Below, piece after piece: positions 25,975 to 36,705 of a DNA stretch of 44,080 nt (positions are counted from its first letter, which is position 1; every line of letters begins with the position of its first letter). The stretch covers positions 1-44,080 of the IMG/VR virus record IMGVR_UViG_3300025251_000021. The stretch is one strand, 5' to 3'. The position numbers and the translations under genes are program-made. The stretch comes from a virus. Its lineage: Duplodnaviria; Caudoviricetes. The notes beneath the pieces are model-generated. The model saw only the letters and a program-made list of their open reading frames with translations, was not told the origin of the DNA and did no database searches.

Positions 25975-26345
25975 TGCCTAAATTAGATATGATTGGTAAC
26001 ATTATTAACAAAGTTGCAGAAAATGTTGATAGATTTACCTTAGACAAACAAGAGAAAGCTGAATTAATTGCAGAAGTTAATAAAGCTCAACTTGAAGTTA
26101 ATAAAGTAGAAGCAGGTCATACATCAAGGTTTGTATCGGGCTGGAGGCCATTTACGGGCTGGATTTGTGCTACAGCATTAGGGTATCATTTTATTCTTCA
26201 ACCATTATTAACATTTATATTATATACGTTTGGTAATGAAATAGTATTACCAACATTTGATATGACTACTTTAACAACTGTCTTACTTGGTATGCTCGGT
26301 CTCGGAGGAATGCGTAGTTTTGAAAAAGTTAAAAGGTCTGCATAA
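25974..26345 (+). CDS. holin (GTA-type 3TM holin-like)
   Basis: FVSGWRPFTGWIC, LLGMLGLGGMRSFEK. Confidence 0.8.
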   Translation: MPKLDMIGNIINKVAENVDRFTLDKQEKAELIAEVNKAQLEVNKVEAGHTSRFVSGWRPFTGWICATALGYHFILQPLLTFILYTFGNEIVLPTFDMTTLTTVLLGMLGLGGMRSFEKVKRSA

Positions 26346-28783
26346 TGCCAAAACAAATGGTAACATTAAATGACTTTAGTGGAGGGATAAACACTAAAGC
26401 GTCTCCTAGAGACATCAAACCAAATGAGTTGCAAGAAACCTTAGATTGCATTGTAAGTATTCCAGGAGTAGTAAAAACTTCAAAATCAATTACCGACAAA
26501 GATGCTGATTCAGATAATTCTTTAGTTAAGACATCAAAAGGTAACGGATTATTCTATTTTAATTTACAAAATGATATTGGCAGAACAAGTGGTTCTGCAT
26601 CAGATTATGAATCTCCAGTACAAATATTAGCATATCCTTCCGGAACAAATATAACATTTTACACAAGAGCTTTCGCCAATACAGGAGATTGGACACATCA
26701 AGGAACAGACAATCAAGTAGCTTTTACTGGAACAACAACAATCGAACCTGTTTACTATTTTGTAGATGGCTGTTTATATATATCAGATAAACGAGTTGTT
26801 GATGGAGACAATAGTGATAGTCCTCAAGTAATTCAATTTGTTGATAAAGCAAGATTTGGAACAGCAGTAGCTGAGTTTGCAAGCGGAGATACAATAGTTG
26901 GACCTACAGATGCAGACACTTTTAAAACTATTGGAAATACAGGAACACAGACTACTCCAGCAGATGCAGGTGATTTTGACTTAGCATTTGATTCTTCGCC
27001 TACACAGGCGAATATGTCTAACATACAACACGGAAGTGTTAATATACAAGTAACTTCAAGCGTAGTTGAAGAATTAGATGCGGTTATGACAGTTACTAAA
27101 GCAAGTAGTTCTGCTGACATTAGTGGAGTGGCAGCTTTAGCTAAAGGTCAAACTGTATATTTAAATAATGAGGCAGTTGTAATAGATTCCTTAACAGGTA
27201 CTACAACATTAACTCTTGGGATATCGAGAGGAATGTTTGGAACTGCTGCTGGAGAACACGCAGTTGGAACAGTTTTGCAATCTTCAAGCGACGATCCAAT
27301 TGGTGCAGGTGGATGGCCAGAAGGAACATATGAATTTACTCATACTTTAGTAAATTATCCTGGAGATGAAACCTTACCACACGCAGCAGAATCAACAACA
27401 GCTGTTGTGGCATCAGGAGACTTTTTTACAGGTATAGCTGTTAGAATTAACATTGAAGCCACTTTTAGAAAAAGAGAAAAAGGATTTAGAATATATACAA
27501 GAATTAAAGATAGTAACGATAGATGGGGATTATTTGTAGACGCAGACTATGAAAGAGGGGCAAGAACAAACTTATTTGAAGATTTTACTGATTGGGCCCT
27601 TGGAAGTGGAGATGCGTATGGAGATGGAGGAACAAATAGTTATGCAGAAGTTACAGCATTAATTTCTAAAAATCCTTCCTTAGATACTTATCAATCTATA
27701 AATGGGTATACTGAAGAAGAAGATAAAATTGATTTTGGAAGTGACGGAGGTTATAAATCTGCAACAGTTTGTGCTCGTAGAGCTTGGGTAGCGAATGTAA
27801 GAAAAAATAATGTAGTATATGATGATAGAATTTATTATACACCAGTAAATCGATTTGCAACATTCCCAGATTCATTTTATTTAGATATAGGGATTAGTGA
27901 TGGTGATTCTTTTACTTCATTACATAGTGTTGGTAATAAATTATTAGCTTTTAAACAAAAGAAATTATATGTAATAAATGTATCTTCTAATTCTGATGCC
28001 GGTTGGTATTTAGAAGGAGAATATGATGGTATGGGTTGTCTATATCAAGAAGCTGTTACTAAAACACCTTTTGGAGTATGTTGGGTGAATGAAGATGGAG
28101 TTTATATATATACAGGAGAATCTGCTCCTATAGAACTTACTGTAAAATTAGATGATGAAGACTGGAGATCTGCAGCAACAGGAAAAGTTCCTGCAATTGG
28201 TTATGACGGAAAACATAAACGTATTTTAGTATTACAAGACACAGGAGCAGAGGGTGGAGCAGCTCAAAATAATGTATGGTCATATGATTTTGCAACAAAG
28301 TCTTTGACAAAAACAAAGAGAGAATTTGTTCTTAGTAACGACGGAGTTCCTGGAGTTTCCAATTTTGTAGAATCTTTTGATGGAATTTATGTTAATGAAT
28401 ACTCAAATACTGCTTCGTCTAATGTTAAAGCTGTTCAAAAATTAGAAATGGGAGAAAGTGAAGGCACAGGAGGGTTAACAATTATAACCAAAGATATTGA
28501 TTTTGGTTCTCCTGGAAAGGTTAAAAAAGTTTATAAAGTTTATGTAACAGCAAGAACTTTAGGTAGTTCTACTACATTAGCTGTAACTAGAGCTTCTGAT
28601 GGAAGCACCAGCTACGGAAACAGTTCTGATTTATCTTTTAGTAGTGCAAACTATGCTGTAGCAACTTATACAGCAAACGCAGATTGTGAATCTATGTCAT
28701 TTAAGTTTTATGCAAGCACAGGTGCTTTAGAAATAAGTGATATTGTAATAGAATATAGAGAAAAATATAAGAGAGCTTCATAA
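26345..28783 (+). CDS. tail nozzle/tubular protein B-like (beta-propeller)
   Basis: DFSGGIN N-terminus, LLAFKQKKLY, TKDIDFGSPG..K motifs; 812 aa. Confidence 0.7.
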   Translation: MPKQMVTLNDFSGGINTKASPRDIKPNELQETLDCIVSIPGVVKTSKSITDKDADSDNSLVKTSKGNGLFYFNLQNDIGRTSGSASDYESPVQILAYPSGTNITFYTRAFANTGDWTHQGTDNQVAFTGTTTIEPVYYFVDGCLYISDKRVVDGDNSDSPQVIQFVDKARFGTAVAEFASGDTIVGPTDADTFKTIGNTGTQTTPADAGDFDLAFDSSPTQANMSNIQHGSVNIQVTSSVVEELDAVMTVTKASSSADISGVAALAKGQTVYLNNEAVVIDSLTGTTTLTLGISRGMFGTAAGEHAVGTVLQSSSDDPIGAGGWPEGTYEFTHTLVNYPGDETLPHAAESTTAVVASGDFFTGIAVRINIEATFRKREKGFRIYTRIKDSNDRWGLFVDADYERGARTNLFEDFTDWALGSGDAYGDGGTNSYAEVTALISKNPSLDTYQSINGYTEEEDKIDFGSDGGYKSATVCARRAWVANVRKNNVVYDDRIYYTPVNRFATFPDSFYLDIGISDGDSFTSLHSVGNKLLAFKQKKLYVINVSSNSDAGWYLEGEYDGMGCLYQEAVTKTPFGVCWVNEDGVYIYTGESAPIELTVKLDDEDWRSAATGKVPAIGYDGKHKRILVLQDTGAEGGAAQNNVWSYDFATKSLTKTKREFVLSNDGVPGVSNFVESFDGIYVNEYSNTASSNVKAVQKLEMGESEGTGGLTIITKDIDFGSPGKVKKVYKVYVTARTLGSSTTLAVTRASDGSTSYGNSSDLSFSSANYAVATYTANADCESMSFKFYASTGALEISDIVIEYREKYKRAS

Positions 28784-31700
28784 TGCCAAAGAACGGAACA
28801 CACGTTGAGTCGTTTTTTAAAACAAGACCTTCTGGAAGAACTTTAGGAGAAGGAGAAACTGTTTCTTTTCTTGAAAAAGGAATTCTTGTAAAATTAGAAA
28901 AAAGAAATGGTGTAGTTTATGAATCTAAATATAATGAATCCGGAAAAAAAGAAGCTGCTGCTAGAACTCAAACAACTTCCACATCTTCATCCGGTGATAT
29001 TACTGCTGTATCAGCAGGTGATGGACTATCTGGTGGAGGATTATCTGGCAATGTAACTTTAGCTTTAAGCGTAGCAGACAGTTCAGCAAACACAAATTTT
29101 CCTGTCGTATTTCACAACGAATCAAATGGTTTATTAGATGATACTGGTGCATTAAGATATAATCCAAGTACAGGAACTTTATTAGCACCAAATTTAGAAG
29201 TTGCAGGAACAACTACTACTGTAGACACTGTAACAATGGAAGCTGAAAATGCAATTAAATTTGAGGGAGCTTCAGCTGATGCAAATGAAACAATATTAAC
29301 CATTATTGACCCTACAAATGATGACAATACGCAATATTTATTAAATGCAAGTGGATATATTCCATTATTAAATGCAGCATCAACCACTGTTATTACAGCA
29401 ACTCCTGCTGAATTAAATTATGTAGATGGAGTTACTTCAAATATTCAAACACAATTAGACGCAACTCTTGATACAGCAGGAACATTAATAGATATAAGTT
29501 CAACAACAATTAATGTAGATTTAAAAGAAGCAGATGAAGATGCTATTGCAAATGGTGATTATATATTATTTTTAGATGGAGGAGCATCAGGAGATGCGAA
29601 TAAAGAAGCTTTAGCAGATATGGTAACTTTGTTTGCCGGTTCTGGTTTGGCTGCCTCAAGTTCTGTATTAAGCGTTGGTTCTTCCACATTAACAGTAAGT
29701 TCTAATGCTGTTGATATTGCCTATGGAGCATTAAGCGCTGCAAGTGGAGGAGCAGCAACAGATGATAATATTATAGTTTTTGATACAAGTGCTAGCAATG
29801 CAACAAAAATAGTTGCGGTGTCAGATATTGTATCATTAGTAGGAGATATTACAGCAGTTAAATTAACTGGAGACAGTGGTTTTGCTTCAGATGCTTCTGG
29901 AGAAGCTGCAATAAAAGTCCTTGGTGGAACAGGTGTTAGTACAAGTGGAAATGAAAGTGTAGGAGACCCTACATTAACCGTAAGCGTAGATGCTGCACAG
30001 ACAGGCATTACTTCTATTTATGCTACTGATTTAATATTGGGAGAAGATTCTCAAACAGCTATTGATTTCGGAACAGCAAATGAAATTGATTTTAAGATAA
30101 ATAATTCTACAGAATTAACTTTAGATGCATCTGCGTTATATCCAGTAACCGATGCTGGACTTGATTTAGGTACATCAACATTAGAATTTAAAGACGCTTT
30201 CTTTGACGGAACAGTAACTTCAGATGCATTTGCAGGTCCTTTAACAGGAGATGTAACTGGTAATTCAGATACTGCTACACTTGCTACTAGTTTTACTGCA
30301 TCTGCTAATAATAGTACAGATGAAACAGTTTATCCAGTCTTTGTAGATGGAGCAACAGGAACACAAGGAGCTGAAACAGATACAGGATTAACTTATAATC
30401 CAAGTTCAGGAAATCTTTCAGCAACTCAATTAACTGGAACACTTCAAACTGCAGCACAAACAAATGTTACTAGCTTAGGAACACTTACAGCTTTAACAGT
30501 TGATAATGTTTCTATAAATGGAACAACCATTGGACATACAAGTGATACAGACTTAATAACTTTAGCAGATGGGAATGTAACAATAGCAGGGGAATTAGAT
30601 TTAACAACATTAGATGTATCTGGAAATGCTGATATAGACGGAACTTTAGAAGCTGATGCTTATACTGTTGATGGAACTGCTTTAGCTACATATATTAGAG
30701 ATACTGTTGGTACAAATATGTTATCAAGTAATACTGAAACTGGTATTGCTGTTACTTATGATACTTCTAATGATAATATTGATTTTGTAATAGATTCAGC
30801 ACAAACAGCTATTGCTTCTATATATAACACTTCTTTAACAATAGGAAGAGCATCAGACTCTGAATATATTGATTTTTCACAAGATAACGAAGTTAGAATT
30901 GTTGCAGGAGGTGTATTATATCAAAAATTTATTGATGGTGAAGATGTAGCTAATGTAAATGCAACTACTGCAAGTCAAGTAATTATAAATCCTAGTTCTA
31001 ATAAAAATATAGACTTTCTTGTTCAAGGTTATGATGGAACAGATTTAATTAAAACAGATGCAAGTGCAAACTCAGGTGCAGGTTCAGTAACTATTGCAGG
31101 ACTTTCTTTATCAGGAACAACAAGTACAGCAACTTTAAGAGCTACAAAATTACAATTATCTGGAACTGGAGATGTATTAATAGAGCATCATCACTCAGGA
31201 ACTGATGCTACAGATACTGCAATTACAGTTAAAGATGGTGGTGGAGTTGAATTTGCAAATGGAATTACTGTTAATTCTGGTGCTTCTACTATGGGAGCAT
31301 TATCTCTTGGTGATAATAATTTAACCAATGTTGGACAAATTGGTTGTGATATGGTATATGGAGATGGAGATACAGACACTCAAATGATATTTAGTGGTTC
31401 TGATGTTATTACTTTTAAGATTGCAAATACTACTCAATTTACATTTAATGATGGTTCTATTTTACCTACTACAGACGATGATATTGATTTAGGTTCTGCT
31501 TCATATCAATTTAAAAATGGTTATTTTGATGGTACAGTATATGCAGATGTAATAGATTTAAATGGAACTACTTTAGTATCAAGTCCAATTACTGCACTTA
31601 ACAATGCAACTGAAAATGAATTAGTAACAGTAGGTTCTACTACAACAGAATTAGATGCAGAATCAGGACTTACTTTTGATGGAAATTTATTATCTGTAAC

Positions 31701-34629
31701 AAGTGGTGCTACATCAAGTAGTGCAAAATTTGGAAGATATGCATCTCACGGATTATTTTTACATAGTGAAGCAGCAGCAAATGGCTCTCACTATAATTGG
31801 ATTATTCAAACACAAGAAAATATAGATGGTGGTTTAGAAATTACACCAAGTGCATCAGTAGGTGCAGCAGACTGGGTAAGTGCAGGTGGTTTAGCAATTA
31901 AAAGAACTGGAGAAGTTGGAATAGGAACTAACTCACCAAGTCAAGAATTAGAAGTTGCAGGAACAATAAAAGCAACAGGAACTGGTGGATTTACTATTGG
32001 TAATGTTGCAGGGGTAGCAAGAATACAAGAAGGAAGTAATGAGTTTTCATTTCTAACTACAGGCAATGCATACGCAAATATATATACTGCTGATGTTATT
32101 ATGCACGGAGACTTAATTCACTATGGTGATACTGATACATATTTAAAATATGATACTGATAGAGTAAGAATTTATGCAGGTGGAGAAGTATTATTAGACT
32201 TAACTGAAGCATCACAAGATGTAGTAAAATTAGGTGATGGTGGAGATGTAGACATAAATTTAAATGATGATATGTTTATTGAAGGTTCATCAGGTAGAGT
32301 CGGAATAGGAACTGCATCACCTGATAGACCATTGAATGTGAATAGAAGTGGAGATGGAAATGTAGCAAGATTTTCGCATAGTGGTTCTACTGGTTCAGTT
32401 GATATTTATTCAGCAGCTGCAGGTGGATTAATTAATATAAGAGATGATGCTGGAACTGCAACTATTAATATTGATGCAAGAAATGATAAAATACAATTAA
32501 ACGATAGTATTTGGTTGGCTCTTGGTAATTCTTCTGATGCTGCTTTATATCACGATGACAGCAATGCTTATTTTAGAAACTGGAAAGGCAATCTATACAT
32601 TACAGCAGAAACTGATGATGGAGATATTGTTTTATCATCTGACAATGGAAGTGGTGGAACAACTGCTTACATAACATTAGATGGTAGTCAAACAAGAACT
32701 AATGTATCAAAAGATTTAAGATTAGACAATAGTGTTAATTTACAACTTGGTGGTGGTGGCAATATGAGTATGTCGCACGATGGAAGTAATGCACTTTTTT
32801 CTAATGCTACTGGTAATCTAACTATACAAACATCAACTGATGATGGAGATGTTATTTTACAATCTGATGATGGAAGTGGTGGAGTAACACCTTACCTAAC
32901 TTTAGATGGTAGTGCTGGATATACGACTGCTCAAAAAAGAATAAGGTTTGATGATGATGTTACACTTGCTTTAGGAACATCACCAGATACATTAATATCC
33001 AGCAATGGTTCTAACACTTTCTTTGACCAAAATATTGGTAATATGTTTTTTAGAGTAAATACTGATAATGGTTCTATCCACTTTCAAGCCGATGATGGTA
33101 GTGGTGGATTAGCTGGTTATCTGGATATAGATGGCACTAATGAAGTTATAGATATTTTTAAAGATGTATATCTTACTGCTACGAAGAAACTTTATTTAGA
33201 TACTGGTGGTGATACTTATATACTTGAAAGTGCAACAGATATTATGGATTTCTATGTTGGTAACCAATTATTTTTAAGACTTGATGAAACCAACAATGTA
33301 GTTCATATACCAAGAGATGCAGACCAAGCAACATTTAAAATGGGCGTTGGTGGTGACTTAGAAATGTATGTTGAGGCAGGTGGAGCTGACACAGCAATAA
33401 TCAGAAGCAAGACTGGTGACTTCAAAATTATGGCACAAGCAACTGATGCTGATATGAAATTTTATTGTGATGATGGTTCTGGTGGAGATGATGAATATCT
33501 TAGATTAGATGGTGGTGCAACTTCACTTGATTTCTTTGTAGATGCAAGATTAGCAGCTACTAAGAAACTTTTCTTTGATGGTGGGGGCAATACTTATATT
33601 AATGAAGATATTGCAGATAGATTAAGATTCTTTACTGGTGGTGCTGAATTTATGCGATTTACTGAAGATACTTCCAATACATTAACCTTTTATCAACCAA
33701 TGAACTTTCAAGCACAAACAGTTGCTAATGTTGGAGATGTAAAAATAAATGCTACTAACAAACTTTATTTAGATGGTGGTGATGATACTTTTATAAGCCA
33801 AACTTCTGCTAATACAGTAAGTTTCTATGCAGGTGGAACAAGCAATGCAAGATGGAGTTATGATAATAATTCTGTTGATATTGCAGTAGATACAACTTTA
33901 GCAGCTACCAAGAAACTTTACTTAGATGGAGGTAATGATACTTACTTACACGAAGTTGCTGCTAATTCAATAGCATTCAATACTGGTGGTGCTGAAAGAA
34001 TGAGATTAAATACTGATGGATTAGGTATAATGACTGCTGACCCTGGTGCTTATAATAATGATGGAGATGACTTTGTAATATATGGCACAGGTGCTACTGG
34101 TATGTCAATAGTAAGTGGAACATCATCAAATGGTTCTATAATGTTTGCTGATGGAACTGGTGGAACAGCAGGATATAGAGGTGCTATTAAATACAATCAT
34201 AGTGGCGATTATATGCACTTTAATACTGCAGCAGCTGAAGCAATGAGAATAGAAAGCGACCAAGATGTCCATTTTGACCAAGATGTGATTGCCTTTTCAA
34301 GTACTCCCTCAGATATACGATTAAAAAAGAATTTTGAAAAGATTGAAAATGGATTAGATGTAGTCAACAAATTAGAGGGACATACATTTAATTGGAAGAA
34401 AGATGATAAAAGATTAAGTGCAGGATTTAAAGCACAAGAAGTAGAAAAGATTTTACCACATTTGATTGATGAGAAAAAACTTCCATTACGAGCAGATGAT
34501 GATAAAAAATATAAAGTATTACGATATGAGGAAATAATCCCTTATTTAGTAGAAGCAATAAAAGAACAACAAATTGAGATAGATTGTCTAAAAGCCAATC
34601 TTGACCAATTAAAATATAACAGGAGATAA
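28783..34629 (+). CDS. long tail fibre/spike with C-terminal peptidase S74 intramolecular chaperone
   Basis: Gly/Thr/Asp-rich repeats, VGIGT.SP, SDIRLKKN...GFKAQEVE...LVEAIKEQQ. Confidence 0.85.
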   Translation: MPKNGTHVESFFKTRPSGRTLGEGETVSFLEKGILVKLEKRNGVVYESKYNESGKKEAAARTQTTSTSSSGDITAVSAGDGLSGGGLSGNVTLALSVADSSANTNFPVVFHNESNGLLDDTGALRYNPSTGTLLAPNLEVAGTTTTVDTVTMEAENAIKFEGASADANETILTIIDPTNDDNTQYLLNASGYIPLLNAASTTVITATPAELNYVDGVTSNIQTQLDATLDTAGTLIDISSTTINVDLKEADEDAIANGDYILFLDGGASGDANKEALADMVTLFAGSGLAASSSVLSVGSSTLTVSSNAVDIAYGALSAASGGAATDDNIIVFDTSASNATKIVAVSDIVSLVGDITAVKLTGDSGFASDASGEAAIKVLGGTGVSTSGNESVGDPTLTVSVDAAQTGITSIYATDLILGEDSQTAIDFGTANEIDFKINNSTELTLDASALYPVTDAGLDLGTSTLEFKDAFFDGTVTSDAFAGPLTGDVTGNSDTATLATSFTASANNSTDETVYPVFVDGATGTQGAETDTGLTYNPSSGNLSATQLTGTLQTAAQTNVTSLGTLTALTVDNVSINGTTIGHTSDTDLITLADGNVTIAGELDLTTLDVSGNADIDGTLEADAYTVDGTALATYIRDTVGTNMLSSNTETGIAVTYDTSNDNIDFVIDSAQTAIASIYNTSLTIGRASDSEYIDFSQDNEVRIVAGGVLYQKFIDGEDVANVNATTASQVIINPSSNKNIDFLVQGYDGTDLIKTDASANSGAGSVTIAGLSLSGTTSTATLRATKLQLSGTGDVLIEHHHSGTDATDTAITVKDGGGVEFANGITVNSGASTMGALSLGDNNLTNVGQIGCDMVYGDGDTDTQMIFSGSDVITFKIANTTQFTFNDGSILPTTDDDIDLGSASYQFKNGYFDGTVYADVIDLNGTTLVSSPITALNNATENELVTVGSTTTELDAESGLTFDGNLLSVTSGATSSSAKFGRYASHGLFLHSEAAANGSHYNWIIQTQENIDGGLEITPSASVGAADWVSAGGLAIKRTGEVGIGTNSPSQELEVAGTIKATGTGGFTIGNVAGVARIQEGSNEFSFLTTGNAYANIYTADVIMHGDLIHYGDTDTYLKYDTDRVRIYAGGEVLLDLTEASQDVVKLGDGGDVDINLNDDMFIEGSSGRVGIGTASPDRPLNVNRSGDGNVARFSHSGSTGSVDIYSAAAGGLINIRDDAGTATINIDARNDKIQLNDSIWLALGNSSDAALYHDDSNAYFRNWKGNLYITAETDDGDIVLSSDNGSGGTTAYITLDGSQTRTNVSKDLRLDNSVNLQLGGGGNMSMSHDGSNALFSNATGNLTIQTSTDDGDVILQSDDGSGGVTPYLTLDGSAGYTTAQKRIRFDDDVTLALGTSPDTLISSNGSNTFFDQNIGNMFFRVNTDNGSIHFQADDGSGGLAGYLDIDGTNEVIDIFKDVYLTATKKLYLDTGGDTYILESATDIMDFYVGNQLFLRLDETNNVVHIPRDADQATFKMGVGGDLEMYVEAGGADTAIIRSKTGDFKIMAQATDADMKFYCDDGSGGDDEYLRLDGGATSLDFFVDARLAATKKLFFDGGGNTYINEDIADRLRFFTGGAEFMRFTEDTSNTLTFYQPMNFQAQTVANVGDVKINATNKLYLDGGDDTFISQTSANTVSFYAGGTSNARWSYDNNSVDIAVDTTLAATKKLYLDGGNDTYLHEVAANSIAFNTGGAERMRLNTDGLGIMTADPGAYNNDGDDFVIYGTGATGMSIVSGTSSNGSIMFADGTGGTAGYRGAIKYNHSGDYMHFNTAAAEAMRIESDQDVHFDQDVIAFSSTPSDIRLKKNFEKIENGLDVVNKLEGHTFNWKKDDKRLSAGFKAQEVEKILPHLIDEKKLPLRADDDKKYKVLRYEEIIPYLVEAIKEQQIEIDCLKANLDQLKYNRR

Positions 34630-34631
34630 CG

Positions 34632-34871
34632 ATGGCTAAGAATATAGCAGAAAAAGCAGTAGACTCAGAAAGTTCACCAAAGCAAGTTACAATTAAGCAT
34701 CTTCGCATAGTAAAAAATGCAGCAGGTGCAGATGTAGAAATAGTGGATTGGGAAGATACAAAAGATGTTGATTCAGCAATTTCACAAGCAGAAGCAGAAT
34801 TAGCAACTGCAGAAGCAAAAGTGACTGAATTGAAAGCAGATATTGTAGAATATAAAAAAATTAAGGGTTAA
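34632..34871 (+). CDS. small coiled-coil protein
   Basis: AGGAG RBS. Confidence 0.65.
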   Translation: MAKNIAEKAVDSESSPKQVTIKHLRIVKNAAGADVEIVDWEDTKDVDSAISQAEAELATAEAKVTELKADIVEYKKIKG

Positions 34872-34873
34872 TT

Positions 34874-35227
34874 ATGGCATTACCAGCAGTAGGTAATACA
34901 GATGTAGGATTGGCTTATAATGGTGCAGCTTTATCAGAAGCGTGTGGATTAGAAGATACCGATACAGGAACAGGTGGAAATCAAACCACAAACATTAGTC
35001 TAAAAGGACTATGTACTGGAGTTTCAGGAGATAGTAAAACCTTTTCTTTTGAAAGTGCAGGTGGGAGTGCAGACAACTTTGATAAATTTGGTGGTTCTAA
35101 TAATCCATTAGAATCGTCAGCAGGAACAGATACAGATGCATCAGATAGATTAGATATAGGAAGTGCCCCATATCATATGAGCCATTGTATAGGTGGACAA
35201 CACGAAGATGGTGGACCAGGACAATAA
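34874..35227 (+). CDS. Gly/Ser-rich structural hypothetical protein
   Basis: ORF after the fibre. Confidence 0.6.
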   Translation: MALPAVGNTDVGLAYNGAALSEACGLEDTDTGTGGNQTTNISLKGLCTGVSGDSKTFSFESAGGSADNFDKFGGSNNPLESSAGTDTDASDRLDIGSAPYHMSHCIGGQHEDGGPGQ

Positions 35228-35266
35228 ATTAGATGATTTATAGAACAGAAAAAAATAAAAAAGATG

Positions 35267-35296
35267 TTGACATAGAGGATAAAAATTTAGTATTTT
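35267..35296 (+). promoter_or_regulatory. sigma70-like promoter
   Basis: TTGACA-18-TATTTT with an upstream A-tract. Confidence 0.55.
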
Positions 35297-35359
35297 ATAT
35301 TGGTGAAGTACATCAAGATATTCTTGCTACTTTTTACCCTTGTTTTAAGAGGAGAAATA

Positions 35360-35848
35360 ATGAGCGTGAACGAAAATCAAATTAAAGGTTTAATTAAAGA
35401 TGTTTGCGTACAGTTAGGAGAGAAGTATGCGAAAGAGGAAGGTTTGGATATTGTCTACGCAACTGGGCTTGTGGAAAGTAAGTATCAGTACATTGAACAA
35501 ATTGGACCAGGTCCTGCAAAAAGCTTTTGGCAAGTGGAACCTGAAACAGCTGTGGATAACTGCAAAAATTTTATATCAGCTCGTCCTGAACTTATGCAAA
35601 AGTGTGCAGATATTCTTGGCATTGATCCTTATCACTTTATCGACCCTAGCGTTGATAATTGGGATTGGATTTTGCGCACTAATATTGCTGCTGGTATCCT
35701 TCATTGTCGTATTAAGTACTGGCGTATACCAGAACCTATCGGAGATGGGCCACAAGGGTTGGCAAAATATTGGAAAGAACACTATAACACAGAAGAAGGG
35801 GCAGGAAGCGTAGAGCATTTTCTTCATTTAACAGAAGGTAAATTATAA
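35360..35848 (+). CDS. lysozyme/transglycosylase-fold peptidoglycan hydrolase (putative)
   Basis: TGLVES, GPA..FWQVEP.T, YWK.HYNT..GAG; GAGGAG RBS before ATG 35360. Confidence 0.6.
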   Translation: MSVNENQIKGLIKDVCVQLGEKYAKEEGLDIVYATGLVESKYQYIEQIGPGPAKSFWQVEPETAVDNCKNFISARPELMQKCADILGIDPYHFIDPSVDNWDWILRTNIAAGILHCRIKYWRIPEPIGDGPQGLAKYWKEHYNTEEGAGSVEHFLHLTEGKL

Positions 35849-36705
35849 TGTCGTATTCAGCATTATTATCAATGTTACAAGACGTTGGTCAAACAGAGAG
35901 AACTTTTAAAGCGGAACATTTAGGTGGTACCATAGCAAAAGAAGAACACGCAATTAAGCAAGACGCATTATCACTTCAAAAAGAAATCAAAAGAATTGAA
36001 AGAGAAAATAGAAAAAAAGGTAAAAGAGCAGGATGGGGTAGATTAGGTGGAACTATACTTGGTGCTTTGGTTGGCGGACCTTTAGGAGCTGGAGTTGGAA
36101 GTTATGCAGGATCAGCTATTGGTGGTAGAGGAGATTTAAGTGATGCTAGATCAAATTTTAGCACAGGATTATTTGGAAAAGGGAAAAGACAAAAATTACA
36201 AAATGAATTATCTGAAGTTCAATCTATGATTGATGAAGCAAATACTTCAAAACAACAACAATATGTAATGCAAGCAGTGGGCGATGCGATTACTACTGCT
36301 ATGCTGATGAACACATTTGAGATTGAAACAAAAGGCAGTGGTAAAGTGGCTGAATGGTTTAAAAGTAAATTTCCTAAATTATCAGGTGGAGCTGGAGCTG
36401 GAGGTGAAGCAGCTGAAGTAGCTCAAGGCTCTGGAATGCTTGGGCCTGACCCTGGATCAGCTTTATATGGTGACATAAATAAAATGTTTGCAGAAGGAGA
36501 CATTTCTAAACAATATCTTGCCGCAATGAGAGGAGCAGGATCTACTCCCCTTTTAAGTACTTCTAGTCAAATAGGTAGTCAAATGGGAGGAAATTTGCCA
36601 CCTTTTATTAGAAATACGTTTGAACGAGGAATTATTCCAGGATTTTTGCAACCATTAATGCAAGATATGGGTAGTTGGAATATGTTTAATATGAGGAAGA
36701 GATAA
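35848..36705 (+). CDS. internal virion/ejection protein with glycine zipper
   Basis: GRLGGTILGALVGGPLGAGVGSYAGSAIGG. Confidence 0.55.
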   Translation: MSYSALLSMLQDVGQTERTFKAEHLGGTIAKEEHAIKQDALSLQKEIKRIERENRKKGKRAGWGRLGGTILGALVGGPLGAGVGSYAGSAIGGRGDLSDARSNFSTGLFGKGKRQKLQNELSEVQSMIDEANTSKQQQYVMQAVGDAITTAMLMNTFEIETKGSGKVAEWFKSKFPKLSGGAGAGGEAAEVAQGSGMLGPDPGSALYGDINKMFAEGDISKQYLAAMRGAGSTPLLSTSSQIGSQMGGNLPPFIRNTFERGIIPGFLQPLMQDMGSWNMFNMRKR

